A stretch of 63,992 nucleotides of DNA, filler included, from Basidiobolus ranarum (taxonomy: Eukaryota), in the NCBI GenBank assembly GCA_040143965.1. It is 7 parts of 7 records of this genome, joined end to end, with 100 filler letters (N's around TTAATTAATTAA, not from the genome) between each part and the next. Parts side by side here need not be neighbours in the genome. Positions count along the whole stretch, not along the records: positions 9,306 to 18,503 come from JASJQH010000861.1; positions 18,604 to 27,796 come from JASJQH010000862.1; 5 more parts are not named here. One strand, written 5' to 3'. Made by a program: the position numbers and the translations under genes. The notes under the pieces are model-generated. The model was given only the letters and a program-made list of their open reading frames with translations. It did no database searches and was not told the DNA's origin. Within the stretch, counting starts at the first letter, position 1; the number at the start of each line of letters is the position of its first letter. Positions 12,674-24,982 of the stretch are shown here, one piece after another.

Positions 12674-14473
12674 ATGATATTTACACAGACTTTTGTTGGT
12701 CTTACAGTACCTGCATTTTTGCTTGCGTTCATCAATTCCCGATTTTCAAGTGGAGAGCCTGTACCATTAGACGAAGAAGATCCCGACAAATCTAAAGGGA
12801 AACATGATCCTAAAAAATATCGTTCATTTCGCAACAAATACTTGGTTGTATATTGTTTAGTGATGGGTATGTATAAAACTTGGTTCATTCTCGCTTCTGT
12901 GACTAATGAATGTCTTCACATTAGCGGGAGATTGGCTTCAGGGGCCATATGTATATGCTCTGTATAAAGGTCACGGTCTAGATATGTACTACATTTCGAT
13001 TCTATTCATTACCGGATACCTTACAAGCGCCTTGTTTGGGGCTCTATTGGGCTCTCTAGCGGATAATTAGTAAGAGATTTTTGAGCCGTTTTTCTTGGAC
13101 CGTATTAACTGTATCTTTTGATTTTCCAGTGGAAGAAAGCGTGTATGTTTATGGTTTACGGCTTTTTACTCCATTTCTAGTATTTTGGCCACCGTTCCAA
13201 ATTTCACCTTACTATTTATTGGAAAAGTATTTGGTGGCATCAGTACTTCTCTTCTTTACTCTATCTTTGAAAGCTGGATGGTTAGTCAACACTTCAAAGA
13301 AGGTTAGCCAATAATTCTCACGAATTTCGTCTCTCTACGTTTACTAATACCCGAATTCTTGCGAAGGGTTTTCCCCTTTTTCACTATCGAAGACATTTTC
13401 TTGGGCGACCTTTCTGAATGGAATCACTGCTATTAGTTGTGGATTATTTGCGGATAGTGTAGTAGGGAAGCATGGGGAGGCAGCACCTTTCTATGCTGCA
13501 GTAGCATGTTTCGTAGTAGGAGCTGCGTTGATAACTATTTATTGGAGTGAGAATTATGGCGGCACTGAAGTAAATATAATGTGATAGAAAGTTGGTAATT
13601 TGTTGATAATTAACTGATACCCTTTAGAAATTTGAGACCACGAAAGACTCTCTGCACCGTGGTATAAAGTACATCGTTCAAGGTAACTATTTTCATGGAA
13701 CTGAGTATTTGAGGCGGTGGTTGATGCTCTGATTTCTTATAGATCGTCAAGTGGCCCTAGTAGGGGCAGTTCAAGCCTTGTTTGAGGGAGCTATGTTCAG
13801 CATCATTTCACTGTGGGGCCCTATTCTGGAAGCAGCTGATGGTAATTTCATTCAGAACTCTCCAATATTTAAGCGAAAGATACTGAGTAGGATTATTCGT
13901 ATAGTGAACAGTGAACTACCTTACGGGATTATTTTCTCTAGCTTCATGGTATCCATGATGATCGGCTCCTCAGTATTCCAGTTTTTCATCAACCTAGGAT
14001 GGGATCCCAGAGCTATTGGGAAAATCACGTTCTTTATTTCTGGTGCTGCCTTGTTAAGCACCAAGTTGATCGCGGTAACGTACCAAATTCTTCGAATGTC
14101 TCCAGCTATTTACTTAAACTAACGGATGGTTCATTTCCACTGAGATCAGACCCAGAACTGGATATTTCTATGCTTTAATATTTTTGAATTTGGATGTGGA
14201 ATGTACTATCCGATGATCGGGACCTTACGAAGCACCTATATACCTGAAGATTCACGGTCTACCATCATGAATTTCTTCACCATTCCTTGGAATGTTTATG
14301 TTATCTTCATTTTGTTAGCAGTAAGTAAAGCCAGGATGATTTTGCTGATATGTTCAAATTGACTCACCGCTTCTATTTAATAGTCTGCCACTACCTCGGC
14401 TCCAACCTTGCTAACCATATGTAGCATCAATTTATTCTTGGCCCTTATCCTTATTCACTTTCTGCGCTCATAG
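12674..14473 (+). CDS. MFS transporter, MFSD5/MOT2 molybdate-anion transporter family (multi-exon)
   Basis: YLVVYCLVM|ADWLQGPYVYALY, GSLAD..GRK, GGISTSLLYSIFESWMV, WSENYG, LFEGAMF, LPYGIIFSSFMVSMMIGS, LRSTYIPEDSRSTIMNFF. Confidence 0.9.
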
Positions 14474-14748
14474 TTGTTGACCCCTTTTCGATACCTGTTG
14501 TATTTATTTCTTTCAACGTGTTATTGAGTTCAACACATGTATTCATAGTTCCTTAAACATATATCCATTAGAGTAAAAACTAGTATATAAATAAATATGG
14601 AGCGAAGTCTTCATTCCAGGCTATTTATTCATGAGTATAAATAGGGGTGTATGTGCTTGATGACCATGTCTTGTTGGCTCCAATATCTTTCAAAAATACA
14701 CTCGAAATACCTTTTGTGTTTGTGCAACTAGTAGAAATCATATCATGT

Positions 14749-15691
14749 TCATGTAAAGGATCGAGTGAGGGTTTCCTAATAACAATTGTGAGGGAGAGTT
14801 AGTATTAGATGAGTATAAAGCGGATATTCCAAATAACTTACATGCGTGAAGAAGATGATCGCACTAGTTGGTGCACTCTTAGCTATAGTGATACCACAGC
14901 CACGATAGAACCCAGTTAATCCTTCATTCTTCAATGTATGCGAAATAATCGAAAATGGACCGGTAAAACGAGTAGCAGGATTTCTATTTGAAATGGAGGC
15001 TTCATACATGCGAGCTTCTTGGACCTGTAGCTTACATTTGATAAGTTCTATAGGAGTTAAGACAAAAGCAGCCGCGATTCCAGAAAATCCTCCAGCAAGG
15101 CATAGCTCTGGTAACGTCAGTTTTGGAAGAGCTTCCAAATCTTCTAAATCATGCTCACCATGTAAGAACTTCCGTATAAGTTTCTGTCCTTGAGCATAGC
15201 CAACAAATAAAGCGGAATTTTCAAGCATTGCGCCTACCAAAGGCGAGGAAAGACCCTTACGGTGGATAACGTAAAGGTTATACTTCATTTCTCCAAGAAA
15301 GAAATGGACAACAGTGGAAGATATATTAACATACCCGATATAGCCCATAAAAACCCTCACGTTGAACGGTTTTTTTTAAACAATCTAAAGGACCTTGAAA
15401 CATTTTATGTCCCATAGGTTGTGACTGGAGTCGAACTTTAACAGTGTCCAGTGGATATTCAATGAGTTTACCCAACATTCCAGCAACCTAACACAGTCAA
15501 ATGAGTTTATTAGATAAGTTGTAGGGAAAATTCCCACCCCTCCTATATTGGACCGTTTCTTATTAACGAACCGAACCGAATAGTAAGTCTGCAACTGTTG
15601 AACCTTTTTCAAATAACTGTACTCCACTTTCATTCGATAAAACAAAACCTTTACCATCGACTTCAGGTTTTTCATTTTGAGTAAAATCCAT
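14749..15691 (-). CDS. Mitochondrial carrier, ORT1/Arg11 ornithine-carrier-like; only two of three carrier repeats (~237 aa)
   Basis: Four exons give MDFTQ…[26 protein letters not shown]…[21 protein letters not shown]…[13 protein letters not shown]…[32 protein letters not shown]. Confidence 0.85.
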
Positions 15692-16317
15692 TCTCGAAAT
15701 TCTCTATGCCTTTAACTGAAGAAAATGAATAAGAACAAGAATACGATAAACACACAAGTTGAAGTAATATCTGGTCTAAGCCATTTAAATATAGAATATT
15801 TAGTGGTCACACGATGAATACATGTAATTTCTTGTTTTTAATCGTAACCGACGTTGATAATATGATTACAATTAATTGAAAAGCCAAACGACGCTATTCT
15901 CCGACTTTGTCTGGAGAGTAGGTTTATATTTCTGACATTCGTTTGAGATAATATCATACGAAGTAATGCACTAGGGTTAAGGTTAAGTCACAAGGCCTTA
16001 TCTCTAAAGATGGATGATTATCAGAGTAAAGATGTAGATAGATTAATTCCAATCAATTCGATTTGACTTTAATACCAGTTTAACCGACTCATCCAGATAA
16101 ATCACTTTCTTAATACTAAATGTAAAACCAAGGTAACGAAAAAAAGCCTAGAAAAATTTAATAGAACATCTGAATATACTGTCAAAAGTATACTTTACAG
16201 TTCAGTTCGTTGTGTGACCTTTTTTTGTTCGTTCAGCACACCCCTCAATACGTAGTTTCATTCGTTGAATTTGATAACTTCCTTTCAAGGTGATAAACTT
16301 TATACCCCTGTGAGACG

Positions 16318-18323
16318 ATGAAGAGATCTGGCGATGAATCTATTGATGACCAGCATGAGCACAAACATCCACCCAGTTACGGTACTAGTCCTTCCAATAC
16401 TTCCAATGGGACTTCCCAAACTGTTCCTGTTTCTCCATACATAGCTAGTAGTCCAAGTACTGCTTCTCCACTGTACAAACAGAGAGATTCCAAAAAGTTT
16501 ACTGGTTGTTCACGTTATGAAGACTATGAAGTAGAGAAAAAGCTCGGGGAGGGTACTTTTGGGTGAGTTAAACTAGTGAAAATGTTGCTTCTATTCTTGT
16601 TGAACTAAATCTTTCTCAATTTGATCTGTTGACTTGAAGTGAGGTTCATAAAGCACGACATAAGGTCACCGGTGAAGTAGTGGCTCTTAAACGCATTTTG
16701 ATGCACAATGAGAAAGAAGGAGTAAGCGAACACTTTTTCACTCCCAAAATTTTATTCCTTTGTCCAAATATTCTCACTATCCCTTACATCCTGATACACA
16801 CCATGGCACTTATGAATACTTTGGTTCATTAGGTTCCTATCACTGCTTTGCGTGAAATCAAGATTCTTAAATCACTGAATCATCATAATGTGATAAACCT
16901 CACAGATATGGCCATTCTAAGGGGTATTATTCTTCAAAATGCACCTTCGAATTGTCAATGCTCTAGCAAGACTCACACAGATTTTAGGTAATCGACTTCA
17001 TAGACAACGCGGTGCCATCTATATGGTGTTTCCGTACATGGACCATGACTTAGCAGGTTTATTAGAAAACCCTAATGTCTCCTTTACCGTGCCACAAATC
17101 AAACTCTACATGCGGCAGTTACTAGAGGGAATGATGTATCTACACAATGTATGCACTATGTATTGGCTATGATTCCAAGTTATTGATATTGATGATTTCT
17201 ATTCAAACAGAACAAAATACTTCACCGAGATATGAAAGGTGAGCAGCATTAGTTTGTTTACTGTGACGTTAGACATATCCTCGTTCACCGACTTACCAAC
17301 AAGTAACGGTCTGATTTTTTTAGCTGCCAACTTGCTGATCAACAACCAAGGTGTACTTAAGATTGCTGACTTTGGCTTGGCTCGTCCGTATGATGTCGAA
17401 CTTCAGAAGGAGTATACAAATTGTGTTGTTACCAGATGGTATCGACCACCAGAGTTGTTAATGGGCGAGAAGAAATACACCACAGCCATTGATATGTGGG
17501 GCATAGGGTAAAGTGGACATGATCAATGTAGCACATGATCCATTTGTTTATTAATTTATGGGTTGTAGATGCGTATTTGGTGAGATACTGAAGGGCAAGC
17601 CAATCCTGCCAGGAAGCTCCGATATTGACCAGTTAGACCGGATATTTAGGCTCTGTGGTTCACCATCGGAGGATTCAATGCCTGGCTGGAGAGAACTCGG
17701 TGGATGTGAGAATATAAAGTCATTCAAGTTTTATGCTCGCAAGTTGAAAGAAGAGTTTGAAAGGTGAGAGTTACATCGGTACACCCACAGCATGTTATCA
17801 GCGTATTCCTCATCACATTCTCACACATCAGATATGGTGCCCTCGCGGTAGATCTGTTGGATAAGCTGTTGACACTTGATCCTAAGAAGCGCTTGACTGC
17901 CAGAGAGGCATTGGATCATGATTACTTTTGGTACGAGCCTCTGCCAGCCAACCCAAGCGAGTATGTTTAAATCCATCATAGGCCAATCACTTAGAAGCCG
18001 TTACTAATCGATCACCATCCCACGACTCTAGCTTACCCGTATATGAAGCCAGTCATGAATTTGATCGAAGAAGGCAAAAGCAAGACGAAAGGAACCGCGA
18101 TGGACCCAATCATCAGTTTAGCCGAAACAACAACAATAACGGCACAGATCCATATGGATCTTTTCGACAGCCCTACGACAACAAAAGAAGCGGAGGCTCT
18201 TCTTACCAAGATCGTAGGGACAGACAAGCACCTACGTCTCATTCTAAGAGCCACAGCAACAACTACAAGCCTCATCCACTTCCACCGAAACCGGTCACTC
18301 GATTTGAGGATGCGAAGAAGTAA
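16318..18323 (+). CDS. BUR1: Cyclin-dependent kinase BUR1/CDK9 (multi-exon)
   Basis: [80 protein letters not shown]. Confidence 0.95.
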
Positions 18324-18503
18324 TCGCTCTTTCTTATTTGTCGAATCTTCAAAATACATATTACTGCCTTCTCTCCACCAGAAGGATACCATGGAAAGAA
18401 TTTTGGAGTGGCGAAGAAAGCACATTTAGTCTCACTGAAGGCGTTGGATGCAGATGGTTATGGTTCGCTGAGCAATGTTTTACAGGCCGTGGATTGGATA
18501 GTG

Positions 18504-18603
18504 NNNNNNNNNNNNNNNNNNNNNNNNNNNNNNNNNNNNNNNNNNNNTTAATTAATTAANNNNNNNNNNNNNNNNNNNNNNNNNNNNNNNNNNNNNNNNN
18601 NNN
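18504..18603. other. Artificial contig spacer
   Basis: N44-TTAATTAATTAA-N44. Confidence 0.99.
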
Positions 18604-19957
18604 CTCACTCCCAGAGCATCTAGTGGCCAGTTATCTCCCATATACACCTTCTTGTTTATGTCATTTTGAGTGACTAAAACCAGTTTTTTGATTAGAGAAA
18701 AGTTGAGAGGCTCCAAAATCAATATGCCATGTCCTACAGTCTTGTTCAGAGGTCACTGATAGGGTAGAAATGAATAAAACTTCCTCTTTGGTTGAAACCT
18801 GATTTGCTTGTTCTGACTTCTCAGTTTTGTTGTAATTTCTTGATTTGCAATCTTTTAACTGGTGTCCTGGTTTGTTACAACTATAGCATTAACCTGGTTT
18901 CCTTCTTCTGTTACCTTTGTACTTGCCAAAGCTATGTTTTCCAGCTCCAAAAAGAGCCACTCCCTCAGATTCTTTTCCAAATTCTTACTTCTGAGGTGTT
19001 GATCCATTAGTCCTGCCACCACAAACTCCAAAGATAACATGTCAGATCTTGCTTCTAAAGCTGTGACCAAATTTGAATACTGTACTGGTAGACTACTTAG
19101 AAGAGTCATAATTACATCTTCTTGCTATAAAGTTGCACTAATATTTTCCAGTTGTTTTGCCAAAGATCTCACATTTGCAATATGAGTAGCCATGCTTTGA
19201 GACTTTTCCATCTTTATATTGAAGAATTTTGGTCTGAGAAAGAGTCTATTAGCAAGACTCTTTGCTTCATAACACTCTTCCAATATAGTCCAAGCTTGAT
19301 GGGAAGTCCTTGCATATTGAATATTCACAAGTTGTGAATATTCAATATTTGACAAATGACATTAAAGGCCTGCTTGTCTCTTTTCTTGTAAGCTTTCAAT
19401 AAAGAAGGGACAAAGAGTTCCTTTTCATCTCTGGAGACTACATCCCAAAGCTCCCTGTCTTCCAGTATGATTTGCATCTTGAACTTCCAGAAATTGTAAT
19501 TTTCTCCTTTAGGCTTTTCAACACTTGAGTTAATGAAAGTAGAAGTAGTGGTTTCTGTCATGCTGTAAAGGTTAGAACATGGGGCTCATAACCTGTTGGG
19601 AAGATATGGGCTGTTTGGAGGAACTTTAGAAAAGTGGAGTTGTGAATAGCTTTTGTGAGATAATTATTTATTGTCCAGAAATGAAGCATTTATACATTTT
19701 GGTAGAAATACAGAAAACTAACACTGGGGTTATGTTCAAAACATCTGTGGGAGTTAAGTGAGCTAAATTTGGGCAATTTGAACAAGTTTGAGTTTTCAAT
19801 ATGGAATTGCTAATTCTCACATTATTCACATATATATATAATATATGTTCTGATTTGCAGTTAACTGATATATGACTTAGTAATCTTAACTAGCTTATAT
19901 GTGATATATGAAATAGGTAGGTGTATAAAGATAGAGATAAAAAATATGATAAAGACA
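18604..19957 (-). mobile_element. Degenerate Ty1/copia element, family 2 (putative 5' LTR 19594-19957, PBS, gag, protease)
   Basis: PBS GGTTATGAGCCC at 19582-19593 (minus strand). Frameshifted gag (NYNFWKFKMQIILEDRELW, ANRLFLR, LLSSLP) and protease-like WHIDFGASQ. The LTR sequence differs from family 1. Confidence 0.85.
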
Positions 19958-20624
19958 ATAAACCTCAAGATTCCATACCTTCTTGGCAGTTATAGCTCTT
20001 GAACATTGAATTAGCAATTTGTGTTTGACATTAAGACAAATTGTGTTAAAGGCACTTTGTTCTTTTTTAAATTGGAGTAAAGTTTTAATTTCAGAAAGTA
20101 TTGCATTGTTTTCTTCTCTTACAACAGTGTACCAAAGACCTTTTTCTTGCAGCAGCATTTTCATTTTAATTTTCCAAACTTGATAATTGGTACCATCCAA
20201 TTTTTTAGAAGAGGGAAAATTTCCATAAATTTGAGAAGTAGACACTACAGAGAGTGCAAGCTTGGGGCTCATAACCTGTTGAAGTATTTGGGATCCTGTT
20301 GGAAATGGTTTGGAGAATTAGAGGAATTGGTGGTTTTCACTTATTGATATATTGAGTAGAAAGTTGATATATATAGATTTGTCAAGATGTAAATAAGTCA
20401 ACATGTAGAATGTGCTAAGAAAGATTCCAGGAGCATGTGTGCAAAGTTTGGGGCCTCTAGCACAAGTTTGAAAAATCTATATATCTGAGAACTTCTAAGT
20501 TGGTAAAAATATCTCAAGTCAATTCCAATTGAGAATAATTGATAATATCTTAGTTCAGTATAAGATAACTAAGTACTAAGCTATATATGACTATATAGGT
20601 GTTTAGGCAATGCTAATTTCAACA
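19958..20624 (-). mobile_element. Ty1/copia element, family 1: 5' LTR (20277-20624), PBS and gag start
   Basis: 348-bp TG..CA LTR, PBS GGTTATGAGCCC, and gag MSPKL…KLDGTNYQVWKIKMKMLLQEKGLW, homologous to the copy at 44967. Confidence 0.9.
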
Positions 20625-21206
20625 TTCTCAAAATTCACCAACTACAATACTTTAAATTAATCAAAGTCACATCAAATTAGCTAGAAATCTCACTTTTCAT
20701 ACCAAAAGCAAAAACAGACATATTAGGCATAACTTTATTAGACTTTGGAAAATAAGTTCATTAATATAACCTAATGCTCTACAGAAGATATAAATACTGA
20801 TGTATTAACCAAACCATTAGCTAGAAAAAATTTGAGAAATTTGGACTTTCCTTAGGATTAGTTTATGACTATTTAGTTGAGGGAGAGTGTTGAAATTAGC
20901 ATTGCCTATATAGGTATATATAGCTTAGTATTTAGTTATCCTATATTAACCAAGATATTGCCCATTATTCAATATTGGAATTTACATAGAAGCTCTGTAC
21001 TATATAGATTTTTAAGCTTGTGCTAGAAGCCCCAAACTCTGCAGACATGTTCCTGCAACCTTTCTTAATACATTTTACATGTTAGTTTGCTTAGATCTTG
21101 ACAAAAGTATAAATGTCAACTTTCAACTCAATAAATCAACAAGTGAAAATCACCAATTTCTCTAATTCTCCAAACTAATTCCAACAGGCTCCCAAATACT
21201 TTAACA
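20625..21206 (+). mobile_element. Ty1/copia family 1 3' end: RNase H remnant, PPT and 3' LTR (20888-21206)
   Basis: Decayed RNase H-like coding (…TDVLTKPLARK…), polypurine tract GAGGGAGAG, then a TG..CA LTR. Confidence 0.85.
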
Positions 21207-21602
21207 TCTAAAGCATATTTGATATATATATGTTGAACATTTGAAAAATCAAAGAGGTTGATGCTGTAGCATATAATTCAAGTATATCTTAGAAGGATTA
21301 AGTCCAAAATTTCCCAAACATATTCCACACAATTTTACAATAAACAAGAGGCTAAGATTGATGCCAATATTATTTCTATTTTCACTGAAATATTTCATCA
21401 TTAGGCTTACGTGCCTCAAGTTGAGTCATCTAATAGGTAACCTAAATACGTATGGTGGCTGATTTGCGATTTGATGAAGTGAGATTTAGGTCATTATAAC
21501 ATTTCTCGTGACCTTGCAATGCACAATAGAGTAAATGTTCACATATAAACAGCAAAACCAAGATTAACTTCCTTGAAACAACCATTCGTGTACATTACTA
21601 CT

Positions 21603-24600
21603 ATGTACAGTGAAAATAATGAGAGTGAAGCTCACCACGATACTCTACGAGAAGTACTTCACAAACTATCTGCTGATTCCTGGGAACCTTGGAAGTTAAG
21701 TATAACAGAAGTAGCCGATAGACTAGCAGTGGATCCTAGTGTTGGTCTTAATGAACAAGAAGTGCCAACTCGATTGGACTTATTCGGTGAAAACCTGCAG
21801 ATTAACCTAAAACGTCGGCTTGAATGGTATCAGTTTGTCTTGCTTGTGTGTAGGGATCCTATTATTATACTGTTAATAGCAGTTGTTGGGTTGTACCTAT
21901 TTTGGGGGGAGAGGGTTGAAGCAATAACAGCAGTTGTGGTTATCATATTTGCGCTAGGACTCGAAGTAAGAACTATAGCAAGTTAAACATTCTCTCTTTT
22001 GAATTTGTATTTATACTTTTGTCTTTGGTATAGCTGTTAATTGATTGGAAAGCAAATATTACCATCAACTCGCTTTCAAAGGAAGTTCCGGAAAATATCA
22101 TGGTAGTCCGTGGCGGTCACGAACATATTGTAGTGTCACGAAACTTGGTTCCAGGAGATATCGTGATCATTACGCAAGGGCAAAGAGTTCCTGTTGATGG
22201 TGTACTCATCAATTGTAGGGAGCTTGGTGTCGATGAAAGTCTTTTCACCGGAGAAAATGGTCAAGTCCCTAAGTCCTCTCTATATGAGGCATCCGAAACA
22301 GAAGGTATCTCAAATAGCCCCTCTTATGATTCTCATCCTAACCCTATTAAATAACCATCTCATCCTAACCCTATTAAATAACCATCCACCTTGCGGTATT
22401 TTGCAAAAGATTCCACTATACCCTCTGGTTATGTTTGCTCCGGAAGTGTGGTCACAAAAGGAAAAGGTAAAATTTTGCACATTCATTCAAGCATTTAAAA
22501 GTATCACCCAGGTTTACCTAGTTATTTACAGGGGTTTTACTGGCCACTGCCACGGGTAAGCATACACGCTTAGCTACCATTCAAAACTCTACAATCAGTG
22601 AAAATGAGAAAACTCCATTGCAAATACTTGCTAGAAGTCTCACTAGATACTTATCAATCTTGGGGTTACTCGTATCCATTATCTTGCCAGCTATTAGTAT
22701 AATGAAAGGAAAGAGTTGGTGTGAGGCTTTACTTGCTGGAATAGGGTTGGCTATAGCGACCATCCCTGGCGCGCTATTATCACTGATAGACATCATCCTT
22801 GTCGTATCTTCTCAAGAACTATCCCGGAAAAATTTATTGATACGTAATCTAAAAGCTGCAGAATCTCTAGGTTCTGTCTCAGCTATTGTGACGGATAAAA
22901 GCGGGACCTTGACCTCCAATATTCTGAGAGTATCCTCAGCAATAGTTCTCACGCGACCTGACCAGCATTCTGACCAGAGTTTTCAGATTTGTTGTCGGAG
23001 AATTGCTCCAAGTTCTAACAAAGATATGACCCAATATCTACTACCGCTTACCATTCTTTGGGCACTTTCGATGGATCAATTTGCATGTGACAAGCTGTTT
23101 CAACTTGTTCGTGAAGGGGATACAACAAGCTCTGTTGACCACTCTCCTCTTCCGCTAGCAACCGGAATTGACAAAGATACGTTTGATTCAGCTATATTTG
23201 AACTTTTCAATTCAAGTGAGACTTCAATGGAAGTACAACGCTATTTGATCCGATCAGCGCTGCTTGTTTTCTCTAGATTCCCAGTACCCATTTACGAAGT
23301 GCCATTTGATATCTTGAATAGGGTGTCTTTCAGGACTCGAGGATCTACATCAAACAAAAACAGTGGAAACAAAATCACCATTGTCAGAGGAGCCCCAGAA
23401 ACTATACTTAATCTTTGTGATCGAATTTGGGTGAGTGGCTATGAAAAAGAATGCTCAGAAAATGAAGTTCATCATCACCCTACAATAGATACTGAGATGC
23501 TCAACGATGTAGAAGTCTTGACTGGGTATATTACTTCAAAACTGATCGAATCATTTAATGACGTCGCTAGGAAAGGAAGACGGGTCTTAGCCTACGCTTA
23601 CTCAACTACATCTCATGCTGAAGGAGAAGAACCTCCTAATGATTTTATATTTGCTGGAGCGTACGTGTTTAGCGATCCTGTGAGAGAAGAAATACCTGAT
23701 GCCATTAAAGAATGTCAAAATGCTGGAATCAGAGTTGTTATGGCCACCAGCGATCATCCAGAAACTGCCTTGGCCGTTGCATCATATACCGGAATTAGTG
23801 CAATAAATTCTTCTAATGAGCCTGGGCGAATTCTTCTTGGACAGCAACTTGATAGTGTGGCGAGTAATGCTTTGGTAGCTGAATTGGTTAAGAAGACCGA
23901 TGTCTTTGCTAGACTTAGTCCAGATAATAAGCTTCGTATTGTTAGATCTTTGCAAGCAGAGGGTCATGTTGTTGCCTTCATCGGTGACGGAATTAACGAT
24001 ATTTCTGCGTTAAATACTGCCGATGTTGGTATTATCATAGGTGGTGTAGCCACTACCGCGGATATTGCTTTAGATCATGCTTCACTAGTCATACTTGGAC
24101 ATCGTTTTGAAGCTGTGGTGTACTGTTTAAGAGAAGGAAGACGCATGCTTGAGAACATTAACAAAGCCATCACTTTCTACTTGGCAAGCAAACTTGCACT
24201 AACATCTCTATTTACCTTGGTATTTGTGATACGAGGCACTTTCCCGTTAAAGACTATACATATCATACTACTCGAATTGTTTGTTAACCTAGGAGCTAGT
24301 ATCACATATGTTATTGAAAGAGCTGAATCGAATATCATGCTGACTCCTCCACCCTCCATGAATCGACCCAAAGGATGTCATGGTGCCTTCAAGTCAAGCA
24401 CCGGGCTACAAATAATTTACTCCGCTACTTTACTCTTTTTATCTACAGGCAGCTCATACTTGTATGGTGCTATTTATGATACGGAGAAGAGACTTAGTAC
24501 AACCATGTTGTTTATATCTTTTCTTGTGAATCACCTAGTTCTAGGTTTTGTCTTGCGCTCAAATACGACACCTATCAGAAAACAAGGGCTTTTTACCAAC

Positions 24601-24840
24601 CGCAACTTTCTGCTTTGGCTTGGCCTGGTATTAGGCTTCATACTGCTATATGTTTTTGTTTCAACTATCCGATTAGCCCTTGACCTCTCTACCCTAAACA
24701 AAGATGAATGGATAGTGATAATGACAGGTGCAGGACTTCAGCTAATCATATCGGAAGTATGGAAGGAACTTCGTTGGCAGTATTTCAAATGTGAAAGAGC
24801 ATTAGTGAGTTCAGAGCAATTACCGCTCCTGTCTAATTGA
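21603..24840 (+). CDS. P-type (type II-like) cation-transport ATPase with atypical motifs
   Basis: LVPGDIV, VDESLFTGEN, KTPLQ, DKSGTLT, RGAPE, DPVR, VFARLSPDNKLRIVRSLQ, GDGIND. Introns at ~21966-22034, probably 22305-22409, and ~22467-22531. Confidence 0.9.
22331..22384. repeat. 27-bp tandem duplication, probably intronic
   Basis: TCTCATCCTAACCCTATTAAATAACCA twice. Each copy has a CTAAC branch-point-like motif and an in-frame TAA. Confidence 0.9.
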
Positions 24841-24982
24841 TTTATTTCCATTATGTTTCCCACACTATTGTACAAAGAATTTTAGAGACTTAACAAGACA
24901 CTACTAGTTAGAGACTTAACAATGCAATAAGACATTACTGGTGCGTGTGCGTGTGTATGTGTATGTGTGCAAGACAATAAAA

